In this document: piece by piece, positions 36,471-51,236 of the stretch
Position numbering within the stretch: position 1 is the stretch's first letter
Layout: each line of letters begins with the position of its first letter
From: Callorhinchus milii
Lineage: Eukaryota
DNA length: 64,000 bases
Direction of reading: 5' to 3'
NCBI RefSeq assembly: GCF_018977255.1
Contig: NW_024704743.1
Coordinates: 27,406,001 to 27,470,000 of the forward strand
Made by a program: the position numbers and the translations under genes
The notes under the pieces: model-generated
Database searches by the model: none
Told to the model about the DNA's origin: nothing
The model's input: only the letters and a program-made list of their open reading frames with translations

Positions 36471-37399
36471 GTTTCTCAACAATGTATTTGAGAACTTTGA
36501 ATATTACCTAATATCAGCAAACCGACAGAGAGGGGCACATAGATATGTTTTACCGCAAAACTTACTTCATGCAATTTTCCCCACCCCACCTCACATTGTT
36601 TGTTAAAACAAAATTCTGTATGCGGAACAATGAATGGGGAAATTGCATGATTTGAATTGACACGAAACCCGCAGCTGCAAACCAGGCCAGTTTAAAAGAG
36701 TTTGTGTGCTGTGAAACTGACAAAAGGTATCATTAAAACAGAGTGGAATGTCCAACGCAGTAGAAAAGTCAGCATTAAAGGTTATTCACAGCAATCATAC
36801 ATGTGATTGCCATCATGTTGCTGGTTATCAAATATGGAAAAACTCTCTACAGTTGAACCTCACCTGTTGGGCAATTGAGTAAATGGAGACATCGAACCAT
36901 TCAGGCACTTTTTTCAGTTTGTTTTTTTAATGAAATTGACAGTGACCAAAATCTCAAACTGACTAATAAGAGCAAATAATAATAATAATAATAGTCCTTA
37001 TTATTAAATAAGCTTCATTTCACTTTACATTCTTTTTATATACCGTTTGTAGGACACTACTGTGTGCAATTGGCTGCCACATTTTGCCCACAAAGTACAG
37101 TCAATTCACTTTACAGTATATTCTGTAAAGTGCTTTGAGATGTCTCAATGATGTGATAAGGCGCTATATCAAATGCAAGGATTATTATTACTATTATTAC
37201 ATGCAATGTCTCTACTTACCAGAAAGCAGATAAGAGCGGAGGTGTTTGAATGGAAAGCTGGCTGCTGTGTTGGTGAGACAGACCAGGTCAGGCCATGCAC
37301 TTAAGCCTGCCGTGATGGTATAAGTAGAAGATGCATAATACAGCAGAATACTGATTCTCAGAATTGTATGAGTTTGACTTGCTCCTTTATATTGCGTGT

Positions 37400-37950
37400 T
37401 GAATCATAAAATTTTACAGCATACAAGAGATCATTGTGTCTGTGCCAGCTCTCTGTAAAAACTATCTGTAAATGCTAGTGTCCCAAACCTCTGACTTTCC
37501 CAAATTATACAATAATATTTTTATTTTCTCAAATGCCTTTTTCCCATTCCCTTATAAAAGCTGCTTCAACCACTATTTTTGGAGGGGAATTTCATATCCA
37601 ATAACAACAATTACTCATTTAGAATAACTCCTTGGAGGGCTTGCCTTCTGTGTGTAAAATATCTCTTAACATCTCCATTACTTTTTCTGATAAGGATCTT
37701 AAAGTTATGCCTTTGAGGTACCGCCTCATTCGCCATTGGGAATAGTTTCTCTCCATTTACTTCATAAAGGCCCTCATAATTTTGAACACCTCTGTCTGTT
37801 GCCCTTTTAACCTCCTTTGTCCTGTAATGAAAATAGTGACCATGTTCTCTAGTCTCTTCTCAGTAGCTACTCATCCCAGTACCCAGTATTCTCTGTACCC
37901 TGTTTATGGCATTGACATCCTTCCTAAAGTGGGGCACCAAGAATAATACT
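37400..37950 (-). mobile_element. Old CR1 LINE fragment
   Basis: TTGACATCCTTCCTAAAGTGGGGCACCAAGAA is the antisense of 'APHFRKDV'; ATAATTTTGAACACCTCT is the antisense of 'EVFKI'. Confidence 0.65.
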
Positions 37951-40900
37951 CCTTCGACTTGTTATTGCACCTTATCACCTTTTGAAACATGTCAAAACAA
38001 ATTACTGGATTGATTGTAGAGCGGAGTGACTGAAATTTAATAGGTGAATGTGGCTACCAATGTGTGCACAGCAACGTCCCACAAGAAGCCATAAAGCAGC
38101 CAATTTTATCTGAGGGATTTCATGTATCTCCACAGATAGTTATCTGTAGCTTGTTGTTCACTATGAAAAATAAACAGTTAGTCCATCACCTGACTGGCCA
38201 GGATCATAACCCTCCCAGGTTGGGTGGAACGACAGAGTGATTGAAGGACAGGGTACATAGTGATTGAACTATTATTGAAACTATTGTACATACAGTATTT
38301 GCAAATCAAATACGTACATTGTTACTATGACTCTGGATCTACTCACAGACTAGTCAGGAAACTGCTTCTGACATGATGTGTAATAAAATATTACTGATTA
38401 TAACGATTTCATCACACTTTACAGTTCCTCCCATTAACACAAAGAGCCTTGAGAAGGACCACAATCAATGGTCTGGCAGGTTGCTCGTAGAGGCATCCTC
38501 ACCTCCGATTGACCGATGGACCTCAGTCCAGCCAACGGCTCATCTGGCTTAAGAGGGATGGACTCCTTAACTGAGATTTAATCAGCTACCACCCCCTGAA
38601 GATTATTCTCCCTTGCTATCTGTACTCCCATGTATTTGTAAATTCTATTAGAGAATGGAAGATGCTGCGTTTGTAGAAATTCAAATTCAGTCAAATGTGC
38701 ATCGCTGTCGGTAAAGCAAACCTCATCACACTCTGTAGACATGCAGAAGATTCTAATTCAAGGCAGCAATTTTTCTTTAATTACTTTAAATAATACTTGA
38801 TCATCAGTCGTGCATTTGTGCTTTGGTGCGAGGCAATTCTTTCTTTATTGTCACTGACGTCTTTTTGTATAATATCAAACGCAAGGATTATTTTTATAAA
38901 AGTTAGGCAGGTCAATCTTTTTATTAAGCTTCCTGAGTGATGTTCTTTGTGGACATGTCTGACTCTCTTATACAGCGCTATCATCATTCTCTCTTCTGAT
39001 TCCACTCAATTCATTTCCAGAGGCTTTTCCAGAGGGAATATCATTCACTAATGAATTGGCTTACCCAACATCTATCCTCTCGGTTGCTCACAGAATTGCA
39101 CGGCGATTTCCAATGCTTTTCTAGTTAGTTTATATTTTGTTTTCCCAACTAGACTTTACATCTGCCGTCCCATTTGTTTGTTTTATTTCATTCATCCATT
39201 CCTCTTATGGAAAATTGTTCATTTGTTTCACAGATGTATGTGGGAGATTGATGTGCGCAAATTGGCTGCCATATTCACCCATAACACACTTTATGATGTC
39301 CTCCTGACATGAAAGGTGCTATACCAAATTATTATTTTGATTATTTGCCTTTTATTCCTCCTTTTGATTTCTTTATTTTCCTATCCATTTTTTTCTATCC
39401 ATTTTTCTTGCTTTTTTTTATTGCTTTCTTGTTTATTTCCTTTGTTTCCATCAACTCCCTTCCATCAATTTATTGCATGAATCAAATGTAGAAACCATTG
39501 AATGGGAAACAACCAATAAACCCATAAAGCCCACTTCTCTCCACTCCTCAGAAAGCTTGTCTCTTTTGTGGCCTTTATCCCACCAACTCTATCGGGAAAA
39601 GTTCTGTATAGATATTGCCTGAGCTTCAAACAAATCAAGCACAAATTGTAGAATATTATCAGCACTATACAAATCTCCTTCCCTCCATACACAACCCCTC
39701 ATCCTACAGACCCAAGCATACAGATGTTCTGTGGAGAACTTTGTTCATCTCAGTCTGCGCCTATACCTTTAGCCTCCAATATCATTCACACCAAAAAAAA
39801 ATATTTTTGGGAAGAAATTGACAAGGTGAATGTTGTGAGAAGAGGCATGATAATGATAATCCTGATCACAGACCAGACACACATACCTACCCATTGAGCA
39901 GTGGAATTAATCTTTTACTTTATAGCCTAACATAACCTTTCATGATGTTGAACAGCTCTGTTAGGTCACTTTTCATCTCCAGCAAAATAGACCTAACTTC
40001 TCATATCTTTGTAGGCACCTGTAGCTGTTTGGCATTTTGCTTTTCGAATCATCATTCTTTATTGATTGGGTCTAAGAATTTTGTGGATCATTAAAGGGCA
40101 ATTTATCTCTGTGAACCCATCTGCTTTTGATAAATCAAATACACCAGTTTGTCTCAATCCTTCCCCTCTTCAGACATGCATCTTCTAGAACAACAACAAC
40201 AATAAAATTACATTTTGCTACTCTGGATGCTTCTGTCGAAAACATTGCAGAATGAAACAGCACAGCTTTAGCATCAATATTATGGAGATGTCTACAGCTT
40301 GCTGGCTTTCACTGCAACCTTAAGAAATTGAGATCTTATATTTGAGTAGAGGGATGAACAAATGCACAACTGCACTTAAAAGGCTTTAAGCTTTTATCTT
40401 AAAGAGTAAAAATCAGCTATTGTATACTGCAGAAGTGACCTTACACAAATAAAGGAAGCATGAAACCAGTGAGGCATATTGCATGCATGGCCAGCTTTCA
40501 TTATTTCAAACCCATTTGATTCACAATACATACATAAAACATTTGTGCTTTTTAAGCAACTGGAAGAGAAACTGTTGGCAGAACACAATAATAATTAAAA
40601 TGGTCCACTTAAGATAATGCATCTGATTCATTTTTCCTCTAATCAGGCATATGGGCTTTTAGATTTATATCTGGCTGAAAATCTGCCTGAATAACAGACC
40701 TGGGATAAGATGCAATTATCTACTGAGTGAACCAGTGCTGCATAGAGTTAAGGTACCAGTCATGCTAATGTAGTCTTGCAGCATTAAATCGTATCATAAT
40801 AAGTAGACACCAAGGGTATCAGTTCTTTGAGAGAGTTGCGAGAAGTTAAGATACATCAACCTGAATAATTTTTTTAACATGACAATTATTACTGGTAAAA

Positions 40901-43900
40901 GGAATGAATAATAATAACAATTCTTGCATTCTTCCACTCATCCTCCCAATGTGAAAGGTTCTATATAAATGTAAATGTAAAATGTATTCCATATCCCAAT
41001 TTTGTAGATGTTCATAAGATGATATAGCACAGAAAAGGGTCATTTGGCCCCAACTAGGACAGTGTTTATACTCCACACAAGCCTCCACTCTTCATATTCC
41101 CCTCTCCTGTACCTATTTATTCTCTTCTCCCTCGTGTACGCATCATGTTTTCACTTAAATACATTGATGCTTTTTGCTTCAACCCCAGCTTCCAGGAATG
41201 AGAGAAGTTCCCCCTTTGAGCGTAACCAAGGTACACACAAAATCATGAACCCAGAGTTTATGAAATATTAGAGAGGACTTGACTTGTAATATCTTCAAAA
41301 CATATAAATAGTATAGCTGTATACCTCCAGTGTACAGTATTATTCTCTCATTCTGGACCTCCCCTCAGCTCAGAGCTGTCATTTTCTGACCACACAACGA
41401 AATTCAGGACCTATCAGTGAGAAACCACTGACATAAAGTAGCACCCTAGCATTCTCAGATTTCACTCACCACTATCCTAATTTTGATATGTACAGACCAC
41501 CCATAAGATATCAATTCTGAAAAGGTTTGAAATGCTTTTTGTAAAAGAAAAGGTCAAATGTATAAGAAATAGGTTATTTAAATAGTCAAGTTTGAAGTAT
41601 TCAGATTTAGGCTGCTGATTATCAGTTACATTTATCAACCTTGGCAATGTCTGCATATTATTCTCTACTTGTTGGGAAAATTTACTCACCTTGTCAATGT
41701 GTTCTTATGATGTGATTTTCCCATTAGCAGCACATACCGCCAAGGTCAGTACATTTAATAACCCTCTTTATCTCTGATCAGACAGTAGAATCTCATTACC
41801 CAATGGTTCTGTCAACCATGTGTTACTGTGTGAACTGACAGGAGACTCTCAGGAACATCCTATTCACACTGAACCTTAAAAGAGGGTGTGATGGAAGGAC
41901 TTGAGAGGAAGTAAAGGTTAAGAATGGGCAGTGTTCAAATACGTCTCTGGGGAAAAAAAAGACAATAAATTGGGTTGGATAGGGCAATTTCAGGAAGTAT
42001 TTCTTTACTCAGAGAGTGATAAACCACTAGGGTAGGTTGCCAGGAAGGGTGGTTGAGGCCAGAACTGGACTCATTTTAAAAAAAAAGTTTAATGCTGTGA
42101 TTGGAGGATGGGCCAAAGTGACTTCTTCATCTAAACTAATCTTTGATCTTATTGTTTCCAAAAGAAGTATTATCTTTCTAACAGAAGTTTTACAAACAAA
42201 AGGGAGTACGATTTTAAACAGCCTATTGGAAGGTAAATTTAATTTTTAGCAGATAATTGAGAAAATTCCACTTGTAAACTGTTTTATAATAGTTATGTCT
42301 CATGGCATTATTGAAAATATGTGAAGCAATAGAATTTATTTTGTGGTAAGCATGGGGTGCTTTTATGGGCTGTTTGCAGTTTTTGTTTTGCTCCTATAGC
42401 AGGAATTTCCATTATAGGTGCAGAATGTAATGCTTGAAAGCATCAGAGAAAATATACGTACACTGCACGAGTTGAAAGTAATTTTCTCAGATTAGTTTTC
42501 AAGTAGAAATTACTTCCAGCAGAACATTCTTAGCTTTTTTCATGACTGAATGAATTGCAGAAGGTCCTTGCCTTGATGTTCATTGTTGCATACAACTTAG
42601 AATGCACAGGGTAAAATTGGAGCGTTTATTTCTGTTTGATCTGATCACTCTTGCCGTGTGATATCGATTGCTGGTGATAATTAGCACAAATACAGATTTT
42701 TTCCCTCTTCATTTTAAGCTGTCCAGAGTTTTCTGATTAATGGTGTCTCCTGCTAAGTTTGTTCCTCAGTGCCATCACCAATACTTTTTAAGCGACATTT
42801 TTTATTCAAAATTGTAGCTGCTAGGATTCCTTTTATTTTTCTTATGCAAGTATTTTTCCAGCCATGATCTGGTGAAGAAGCATGAAATCCCCGCTGTCCA
42901 TTGGCTGAATGTGAGTTTTTGCTGATCACCTGTTCTAAAGTAAATTCAAAGCCCCTGGATTTGCTCACTGGTTAACAAAGCATGGCAGGACCTCACTGTT
43001 ATCCCCCTTTTATCTCAGAGTGTGGGAATACAGATAAGATTGGAAACATATAAAGGAAATATCAGACTAAAATGTGTGTTATGCAGGAAAAAGGTTTGAT
43101 TATGTCCTGGGAAAACTTATGTTTCAAATCATTTCAAGGCATGGTGTTGGGAAATTCCTGGATTCCAATTCATCACTGGGTAGTTGAATCTTTTCTTCCT
43201 TCCTTTTCTTTTTTATTCGCAGTACCTCCAATTCCTTCCTAATTTCCCCTTCTTCTCCATCGCTCCAGCTTGAAGAACTACCTTTTCACTGCACTTTCAG
43301 TCACCTTTCCCCCCTCAGCACCACCGACCCCCCCCAGCTCATGCTCCCATTCAGCTGTGTGAACCGTTTTGAAATGTCCTCCCGACATGAATGCTGTTAT
43401 ATAAATATAAGTTACTGTTGGTGAGTATGGATCTCACTGGCAGAAATTGTGGTTGAAGCCGAACGCATCAGTGCATTTAAGAGGAAACTCAATGCACATA
43501 GGATTGTTAAGGGATTAGAGGCGGCATGCAGGAGGCTAGAGAGTGAGGGGTGAAGGTGGTTGAGGCTAATGTGGAGTATAAACACTGGTTTGGACTAATT
43601 GGGCTATTTTAGTACTGTGATACTTTGTAAAAAGGAAGCACATCTTTCACATGTTTACGAGAAACAATAGAAGCATGGAGGTGAGCCACTTTGATTTACA
43701 TTCACTTTCCAGCACATAAATAGACAGAAAGTGTGAAGATAGCCACCTTAACATGCACCTGACCACTTTGCCTGGACAGACACAAGTAGGCATTGAAATA
43801 GTAATCAAGAGACTCACAAGCACACACATAGCTTGTTCCTGTTTCCTGCCTGAATTCCTTATTTGCCTCTGCTATGATAGGAATGGAGGTCTTTATGAAT

Positions 43901-46900
43901 AGTATGAGTGTGTGTTTGTGTGTTTGTTGGGGAGTGGGGGGTGTTGATCCATCAGCTATTTACACCACTTCTGCCTTTCTGGGTGTGCTGGGCCACTTTT
44001 TAACATGAATGCAGATGCTGCATTTTTTGTCTGGACACTGATGGGAAGTGAAGAGAAAAATAAAGTCCTGGGGGGAAAACACAGCTTTGCACTTACCCTA
44101 AAGGTAAACTATACTGGTCAGGAGTAAACAGTCCATGCTTCTTATTTCATCAGAGGAAAACAAAGTCTCAAGTTCACTGTGTACTCTCAAGTTCCATTTT
44201 CACAGTGCTTGAGTCCATCTGGACTTTTTGATTGCGTAACTGCTTTTCCAACTCAGCCCTGACTACATACTGTTATAAAGTTGTTAGGTGACAGTATTTT
44301 CCACTGTTATTTTGAACTGTGGTAACAATAAATCTATTATTATGAACAATAATCCTTGCATTTGATATAGCGCTTTTCATGTCGAGAAGTCATCTCAAAG
44401 CACTTCACGGGATTTATGACAAAGTGCAGTGACTGTGTATTTTGTAGGCGAACAGATTAGAAATAGTCTTCACTGCACCAATACTTCAGGACATTTCAAT
44501 CCATTGTCAACATCGAGTGTTTGATGATCCAGAGAAATGGATTGAAAGGCTTGGAGAAATCAGCCTCCAGCAACACAGAGGATAAAGCAGTGCTTAGTGT
44601 AGAATGTTTAGCGTACAAAGAAACCCTTGCATGCTACATCTCCAACGTATAAGCAAAACTGCCACCCTGACCAGTATCAGCCCTGTAAGGCTAGGAAACA
44701 ATCTTCCCACTGAAGAGATATGAACTCCCATCTATTGTCTAGGTAGTAGAGTTGTTGCAGAGTAGAGCAACAACAACAAAAAATTACAGTTGTAAAGCGC
44801 CTTTCACGTCAGGAGGATGTCCAAGGCACTGGACAAGAACAAGCATAATCCTCAGTGTCAGAGAAATGAGCTACGAGCAATAATTTCAGTGCTCCAAGAT
44901 GCTACTCCACATGAAGGGCTGTATATAAACGTGAGTTGTCGTTGATAAGACAAGCTAAGGCTTTTCAGTCTTGAATGGAGACATCTTAGAGGGGATCTTA
45001 CTGATGTGTTTAACATTTTAAATAGGACTGATAAGTAAACCCAGAATTATATTTTCAGAAGCACCAAGAAGCAGATCACTTGCATTTAATCTCTAAACCT
45101 GTTCAGAACATATTTTTCCCTAAAATTCTGCCATTCCTTAATTGTCCTGGCAAACTTAGGAATTGGGATGGGGGGGAGGGGGTGGATTTTATTAGGGGCT
45201 AGATTTACTTTATTTTCTTATCATTTCCCACCATCTACAGTTTAGAAAAGTGTTGAATTCTATCTTAATTTGAAGCCTTTTTTTATGGTTCTTAAAAGAA
45301 CAAAACCAGCTTCAAGATTAATAATAATCTTTACATTTGATGTAGCGCCTTAATTATGTCGTTGAGATATCTCAAAGTTCTTGATTAAGATTGTGTATAC
45401 GAATTTACACACAAATACTAGATGCTGTGAAATGATAATTAAATAGATTAAATAAGTAGGATTTTGCCACAAGGGATGTGTTTAGGAATATGACAATTGC
45501 ACCCCTTGCTGCTTTTTTTCCTGACATCTTGTGGGATGATCACTCCCACATTAATGGCCTGTCTATTGCAGGCCATTCATTTGCTTTTCCGATCATTGAC
45601 TTATATGGTCACAACCACCAGGGAAGTTTCAACATCCCCAAAATCTAAACATGAATCTGACCTGCAATAATATATGAGTCAGAAGATGGTAGGCTCAAGA
45701 CCCGCATGAGGGCTTGTGCTCACAGTCTAGGCTGACACTCCAGTGCAGTACAGGTGATTGCTGCAGTTATCCAAGGTGCAACCCTTAGAATGACTTATTA
45801 AACTAAGAAACCTTCTGTCTGTTTAGTTGGATGTGTAAGATGTTAGGAATGCTATTTGAAAAGAGAAGGGAGTTTCTCCGATTGTTCTAGCCAAAAATCC
45901 TCCACATAAATTGATCTTTCACTTCATGGATATTTGTGATTTTGCTGTGTGCAAATTTGTTGCTACATTTGTCCATAATACAACTTATTGACAGCAATTA
46001 CTGTGAAACATTTTGAGACATCTTGACTTTAGTGCTATATCAAATATAAGGATTATTAGTAATAATTTTTATTATAACTAGGTAATATGCACCATACAGT
46101 TTAAACAAAGTCAAATTTACGATGAGAACAAGGATATTACAGAATTCAGATTGGTGTTCAAAACGCAACAACAAAGATAAGAAGGCATTTTAATGTTGTT
46201 CAGCAGAAATAATTGCTTTGTAAATTACTTCAGAAGCAGTATGGAAACAGGATTCAGTGCCCAAGGTTTCAGATCGGGGAGTCTTTTTTCATTTTACACT
46301 ATACCTGATGGTTTGGTGCCATTGTTAATGCTGTATGCACTGGGAGCTATTAGACTTTGCTGTTGAAAGCAAAAAAAAAGATTTATTGCATTCGTTTAAC
46401 CTCTCGGGCTCTTTTACTATTGATCAAATTAACCACACACTTAACAGATGGGATCTCACAGCTAAACACCTTCGGAATAAAATCGGAGAAGAACATCATC
46501 CATTTTGGTGAGAAATTATATTAAAAGCAAATAATAATATACAAAGAGTAATACATTTAAAGAGACAAAATTGTCATATGGATCTCTGTGCAGGCTGAAT
46601 CAATACGTTGTTTTACACTGTACATTTGCTGGCGTATCACTGGTAAGCTGTCCTTCAGATGAAACGTTAAACCAAGGTCCTGTCTGCCTGTTCAGGTCGA
46701 TGTTAAAAATCTATCGCATCTTTCAAACAAAACCAACTAAAATTAGTCACTTATTTCATGGCTGCTTGTGTGACATTGTTTTGGATATTGCTTTGTGGAA
46801 GCCGATTCGATAACAGCTTTTAAGAGAGAAGTAGATAATTATTTGGCAAGGATACATTTGTAGAGCTATGGGGAGAGAGCAGTGGAGTGGGATTGAATTG

Positions 46901-47299
46901 AATAGCTCTTTTCAAAGAGCTGGAACAGACATGATGGGCCGAATGGCCTCCTTCTGGGCTGCATAATTCTATGATTCTTGTGCACAATTTGGCCCACAAA
47001 ATACAAAAAATCCACTTTACATTATATCCTATGAAACACTTTGAGGTATCTCATCGACGTGATAAGACACTATATCAAATGCAAGGATTATTATTATTAT
47101 TTTCATTATTACTTTTAAACTGCCTCACTCTATTCCTATACACCTTCAAGCCTGTACCTTTCATATGCCTATCTACTTCCTCTTGAAACCTACAATGCCT
47201 CTACTACCTTACAGAGCTTTCCTTACCCAACAACATTCTGAGTGAAAATAATTCTCTTTTCACTTAGTGACTATTTTATATCTTTGTTCCTTAATCACT

Positions 47300-47930
47300 A
47301 ACTCCCCTCTGTCAATATGGAACCTTGATGTCCTGTTTGACGCTCAATTATCTTTTAAACAGCACATCCATGCCATGACCCGTTCTGTCTTCCCCCGCCT
47401 CCGTAACATTTCCCACCTCTTCCGCTGCCTCTCCTCTCAGGCCACTGAGACCCTCATTTATTCATTCACCAAGACCAAGCTCAACCATGCTAACTCCCTG
47501 CTTGTCGGACTTTCCAACTCTTCCCTCCACAAGCTGCAGATTATTCAGAAATCTTGATTATTCAGAACTCTGCAGCTCATGTTTTCTGTACCAAACTCCA
47601 AGAACCGACCACTCACATCCTCACCCGACAACACCCAGAAGATAGAGTATAAAATCATCGTCCACACTTTTAAGACCTCCATGGCCTTGGTCCTCTTTAC
47701 GTCTGCCACTAATTAAAATCATGCCAACCTGTCCGCTCTCTCTACTCAACAGGCACTGGCCTACTTTATGTCCCTTGCCCGCCCTACTATTGACAGTCGG
47801 GTCTTCAGCATCTGCCCCCATCCTCTGGAACTCCATCCCAGAATCCCTCCACCTCGCTTCCTCCCTTGCCACCTTCAAAGTCCACCTCTAGTCCTTCCAT
47901 TTTGATCATGCTTCTGGCCACTCTCCCACC
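47300..47930 (+). mobile_element. L2 LINE 3' region
   Basis: NLDVLFDAQLSFKQHI..RLRNISHL..ATETLIYSF..NSLLVGLSNSSLHKLQIIQ. Confidence 0.85.
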
Positions 47931-48050
47931 TTCCCTACAACAACAACAACAAAATTACATTAGTATAGCTTCTTTCACATAGCAAGGACATCCCAAGGCG
48001 ACCCTCCATCCCTCTTAATTCTGACCTCCAGTTCTGGTGGAAACCCAAGG

Positions 48051-48430
48051 GGGTCTTGTAACTAAGGGGTTAGAGCACTCGCCTCACAAGTTATAGGACA
48101 TGGGCTTGATTCCTAGGCAGGGCAAAACCTTAGGCAAGTTTCCTTACTCCACCCACCTCTGTGTACCTAGCAGTAAATAGGAACATGGTTGTTAGCCGAT
48201 TCACGGATTACTTTCTCGGAAGTAATATTCCCTTCAAAAAAAAATTTTAATTAATATTTTTTTCTTTCAATCCATGACTCTTTGTGGGACACTGCTGTGC
48301 ACAATTGGCTACGATGTTTTGACACAAAATATATAGTCAATTCTCTTTAATGTATATTCTTGAAGTACTTTGAGATGTCTCAAAGATGTGATGAAGTACT
48401 ATATCAAATGCAAGGATTATTATTATTATT
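48051..48430 (+). mobile_element. SINE family A, long subfamily
   Basis: GGTTAGAGCACTCGCC head, GGCAAGTTTCCTTACTCC body, AAATGCAAGG(ATT)n tail. Confidence 0.85.
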
Positions 48431-48959
48431 ACATTTCACTCTCTCCTAAGCAAAGAATTATCACCATGTCTCTGAACCTCAAATTAAGTGTTTGCATTAC
48501 AATAACAGTTGCAAGTCACAAAATTGCAACCATTGTGCTGAGGTCAAAAAAATTAAATATTGAATTTAATGGATTCAGGTTTCAGGATTCAGGTCAAGAG
48601 GTTGATGAAAATGAAAAATAGATACCCACCCACTGAAAATAACTGGACAGTGGTACAATTCCATTGTTAACAAGGTGTGACAAGTCCTAGGATGCATCTT
48701 GATGGCATTTAACAATTAGAAAGAATAATTTGAGTTCAGTATAACTGATTTTTAAGACCACATTTTATTGTACACAGTTATGATTATCTATTCTTTGAAT
48801 TAATACATTCAAGAGGGCTTAGGGAAAACCGCTGAAGATGATTTTAGGGCTCAGTGCATTTATTTATGAGGATAAGATGTCAGAACAAGACTTATTCTGA
48901 TTGCGATGCAGTAAAATGGAGAGGTTTTACATTTTAAAATGTTGAAAGGCTTGGAGGCT

Positions 48960-49417
48960 TGAGCACCTCGGCACCTACCGACTCTCCCTTTCACAGGCCA
49001 AAACTGACTTTTGCTCCAAAGTCATCCTGGAGGCAAACAACAATCCAAAGATGCTGTTTTCTACCGTACATCACCTCCTCCATGCACCCCCTCAAGCCCC
49101 CTCTATCTTCACAGCAAACATCAAGTGTGAAGAGGTCCTAGAATTGTTCGCCTCAAAGATTGAAAACATCCACTTGGTTGCATCATCCTCCCCCACCTTT
49201 CAGACACTACGCTCCGAAACTCTGGAACACTTTCCTTCAATCCCTCCACCTTGCCCCTCTCTCCCTTTTTTCAAGTCCTGCCTGAAAACCTTCCTCTTTG
49301 ACCATGCTAATGGTCACCTGCCCCCACCCCGCAGCTCGGAGTCAGGTTCCGCCACTGTTAAACGCTCTTAGACACTATCCTGTTTGGAGGGCACTATGTA
49401 AGTGCAAGTTATTGTTG
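48960..49417 (+). mobile_element. Internally deleted L2 (EN-RT linker fused to the 3' end)
   Basis: NPKMLFSTVHHLL..KCEEVLELFASKIENI (homologous to about 14160-14290) joins near 49200 directly to ..FKSCLKTFLFDHA and the tail. Confidence 0.75.
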
Positions 49418-50195
49418 AGATTGCAGACACAAGAGGTTTATTTCCCAGACTCTGACCATGTGATTAGAGCACCAAATTGCCTGGGACTCTAGATTCGCAG
49501 AATTGCCTCCTCCTCAATTTTACATTTGCAGAACAGTTGCGTTAGTGATTTCATCTGAATTAGCAGTTTGGATGCTGCAATTGGTCTCAGCTACCCCGGG
49601 CTATTAATTCGAATTAATGAAATGTTGTGCCTCTCAGTATACCTTGAATGTACCTTTATCGTGCAGACTTTCTTTGGTACAAACATTAATCGTGCTGATT
49701 AATTTAATATTTTGCTCTCCACTAACCATTTTAAGCACAATCAGCCAAAACTCGCTGCAACACAGCATAGAATTGCAGATTGTGTACAGCACGGGAGGAG
49801 GCCATTTGTCCATTGTGTCGAGTCTGCAGGTACCTCTCCCACTGGAGCTTAGTACTTAATTCTTATCCTGCTACTCTTTTGTCCATAAACTTTACTAATA
49901 TTTTTTCACAAGTATTTATCCAATTTTCTTTTAAATGCTCTCATGGACTTAACCTCAGCAGCCAATGCAAATTTATATTTATATAGCATCCTTCATGTTG
50001 AGAGAACATTCAAAGGTGCTTAGCAATAATGGCTTGGTACCCAACCTGGGACTGGAGTAAGATGACCCAAAGTGTCATCAAAGAGGTAAGTCTTGGGACA
50101 AACAAATTTCTTTTATAGTAGTGTAGGATAACACTTCATTGCTAAGAATATAATTGACTAACAAATGTTATAATTTTCTCTGCTAATACAATATA

Positions 50196-50511
50196 TAATA
50201 ATAATAATCCTTGCATTTGATATAGCGCTTTTAACGTCGGGAGGACGTCCCAAAGCGCTTCACAGAACACACTGTAAAGTGAATTGACTGTATATTTGTG
50301 GGCGAACGCGGCAGCCAATTGCACACAGCAATGTCCCACAAGCAGTCGTAGATTGAAAATGACCAATCTTGTTATTGTTTTTGTTTTGGAGGGATTATTA
50401 TTAGGCGTGTGGAGTAAGGAAACTTGCCCAAGGTTTCGCCCTCTGCCTGGAATTGAACTCAGGTCTCTCACTTGCAAAGCGAGTGCTCTAACCACTGAGC
50501 TACAGGACTCC
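50196..50511 (-). mobile_element. SINE family A, young short subfamily
   Basis: Near-identical to 5975-6294 and 33174-33492. Confidence 0.92.
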
Positions 50512-50679
50512 ACATATTTCAGCTAATGCAAGATCTAAGATTAGGCTTTGATCCAAGTAAAAAAATGTTGGCTTTGAAATAGATCTCTTTCCATTACCTC
50601 TTATGTAATATCCATAATAAAAATATAGTGTTATGGAAAGGGCATTATTACTGAATGGGGAGTTACATTCCTCTTAGCA

Positions 50680-51236
50680 AGTCAACAAGACCGAGGCTCT
50701 CCTAATTGACTCCCATCAGCGCCTCCACATCTCAGGGGCTGACAGCATCACCAACCATGGTTGCACACTCCACCTTGCTAAGACAGTCTAGAACCTTGGA
50801 GTCTTGTTTGACCCTCAACTATCCTTTCTACACCACATCTGTGCTATGATCTGATCTGCCTTACCCCACCTCCACAACATCGCCCGGCTCCGCCACTGTC
50901 TCGGATCACAGGCCGCCGAAACCCTCATACACGCTTTCATTACATTGTGGTTTGACTGTACAAACTCCTTGCTTGTGGTCTTCCCAACTCCTCCGTCCAT
51001 AGGCTGCAGATCATCCAGAACTCTGCAGCCCATGTCCTCTCCCACACCAGGCTCCATGACCCTATCACCCCCATCCTCGCCTGACTCCACTGGCTTCCCA
51101 TCACACAGATAGAGTTCAAGATCCTGGTCCTCACCTTCAAATCCCTCTATGATCTTGCTCCCCCCTACCTCTGGGACCTCCTAACCCCCTATCATCCTGC
51201 TCGCTCCCTCCGTTCAACGGACTCCGAGTTGTTGTT
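50680..51236 (+). mobile_element. L2 LINE fragment
   Basis: Closely matches the reverse complement of about 12740-13240 (RLQIIQNSAA..LHWLPITQIEFKILVLTFK). Confidence 0.9.

Noticed and set aside
45164..45185. G-rich run as a G-quadruplex element
   Set aside because: Low-complexity tract with no supporting context.
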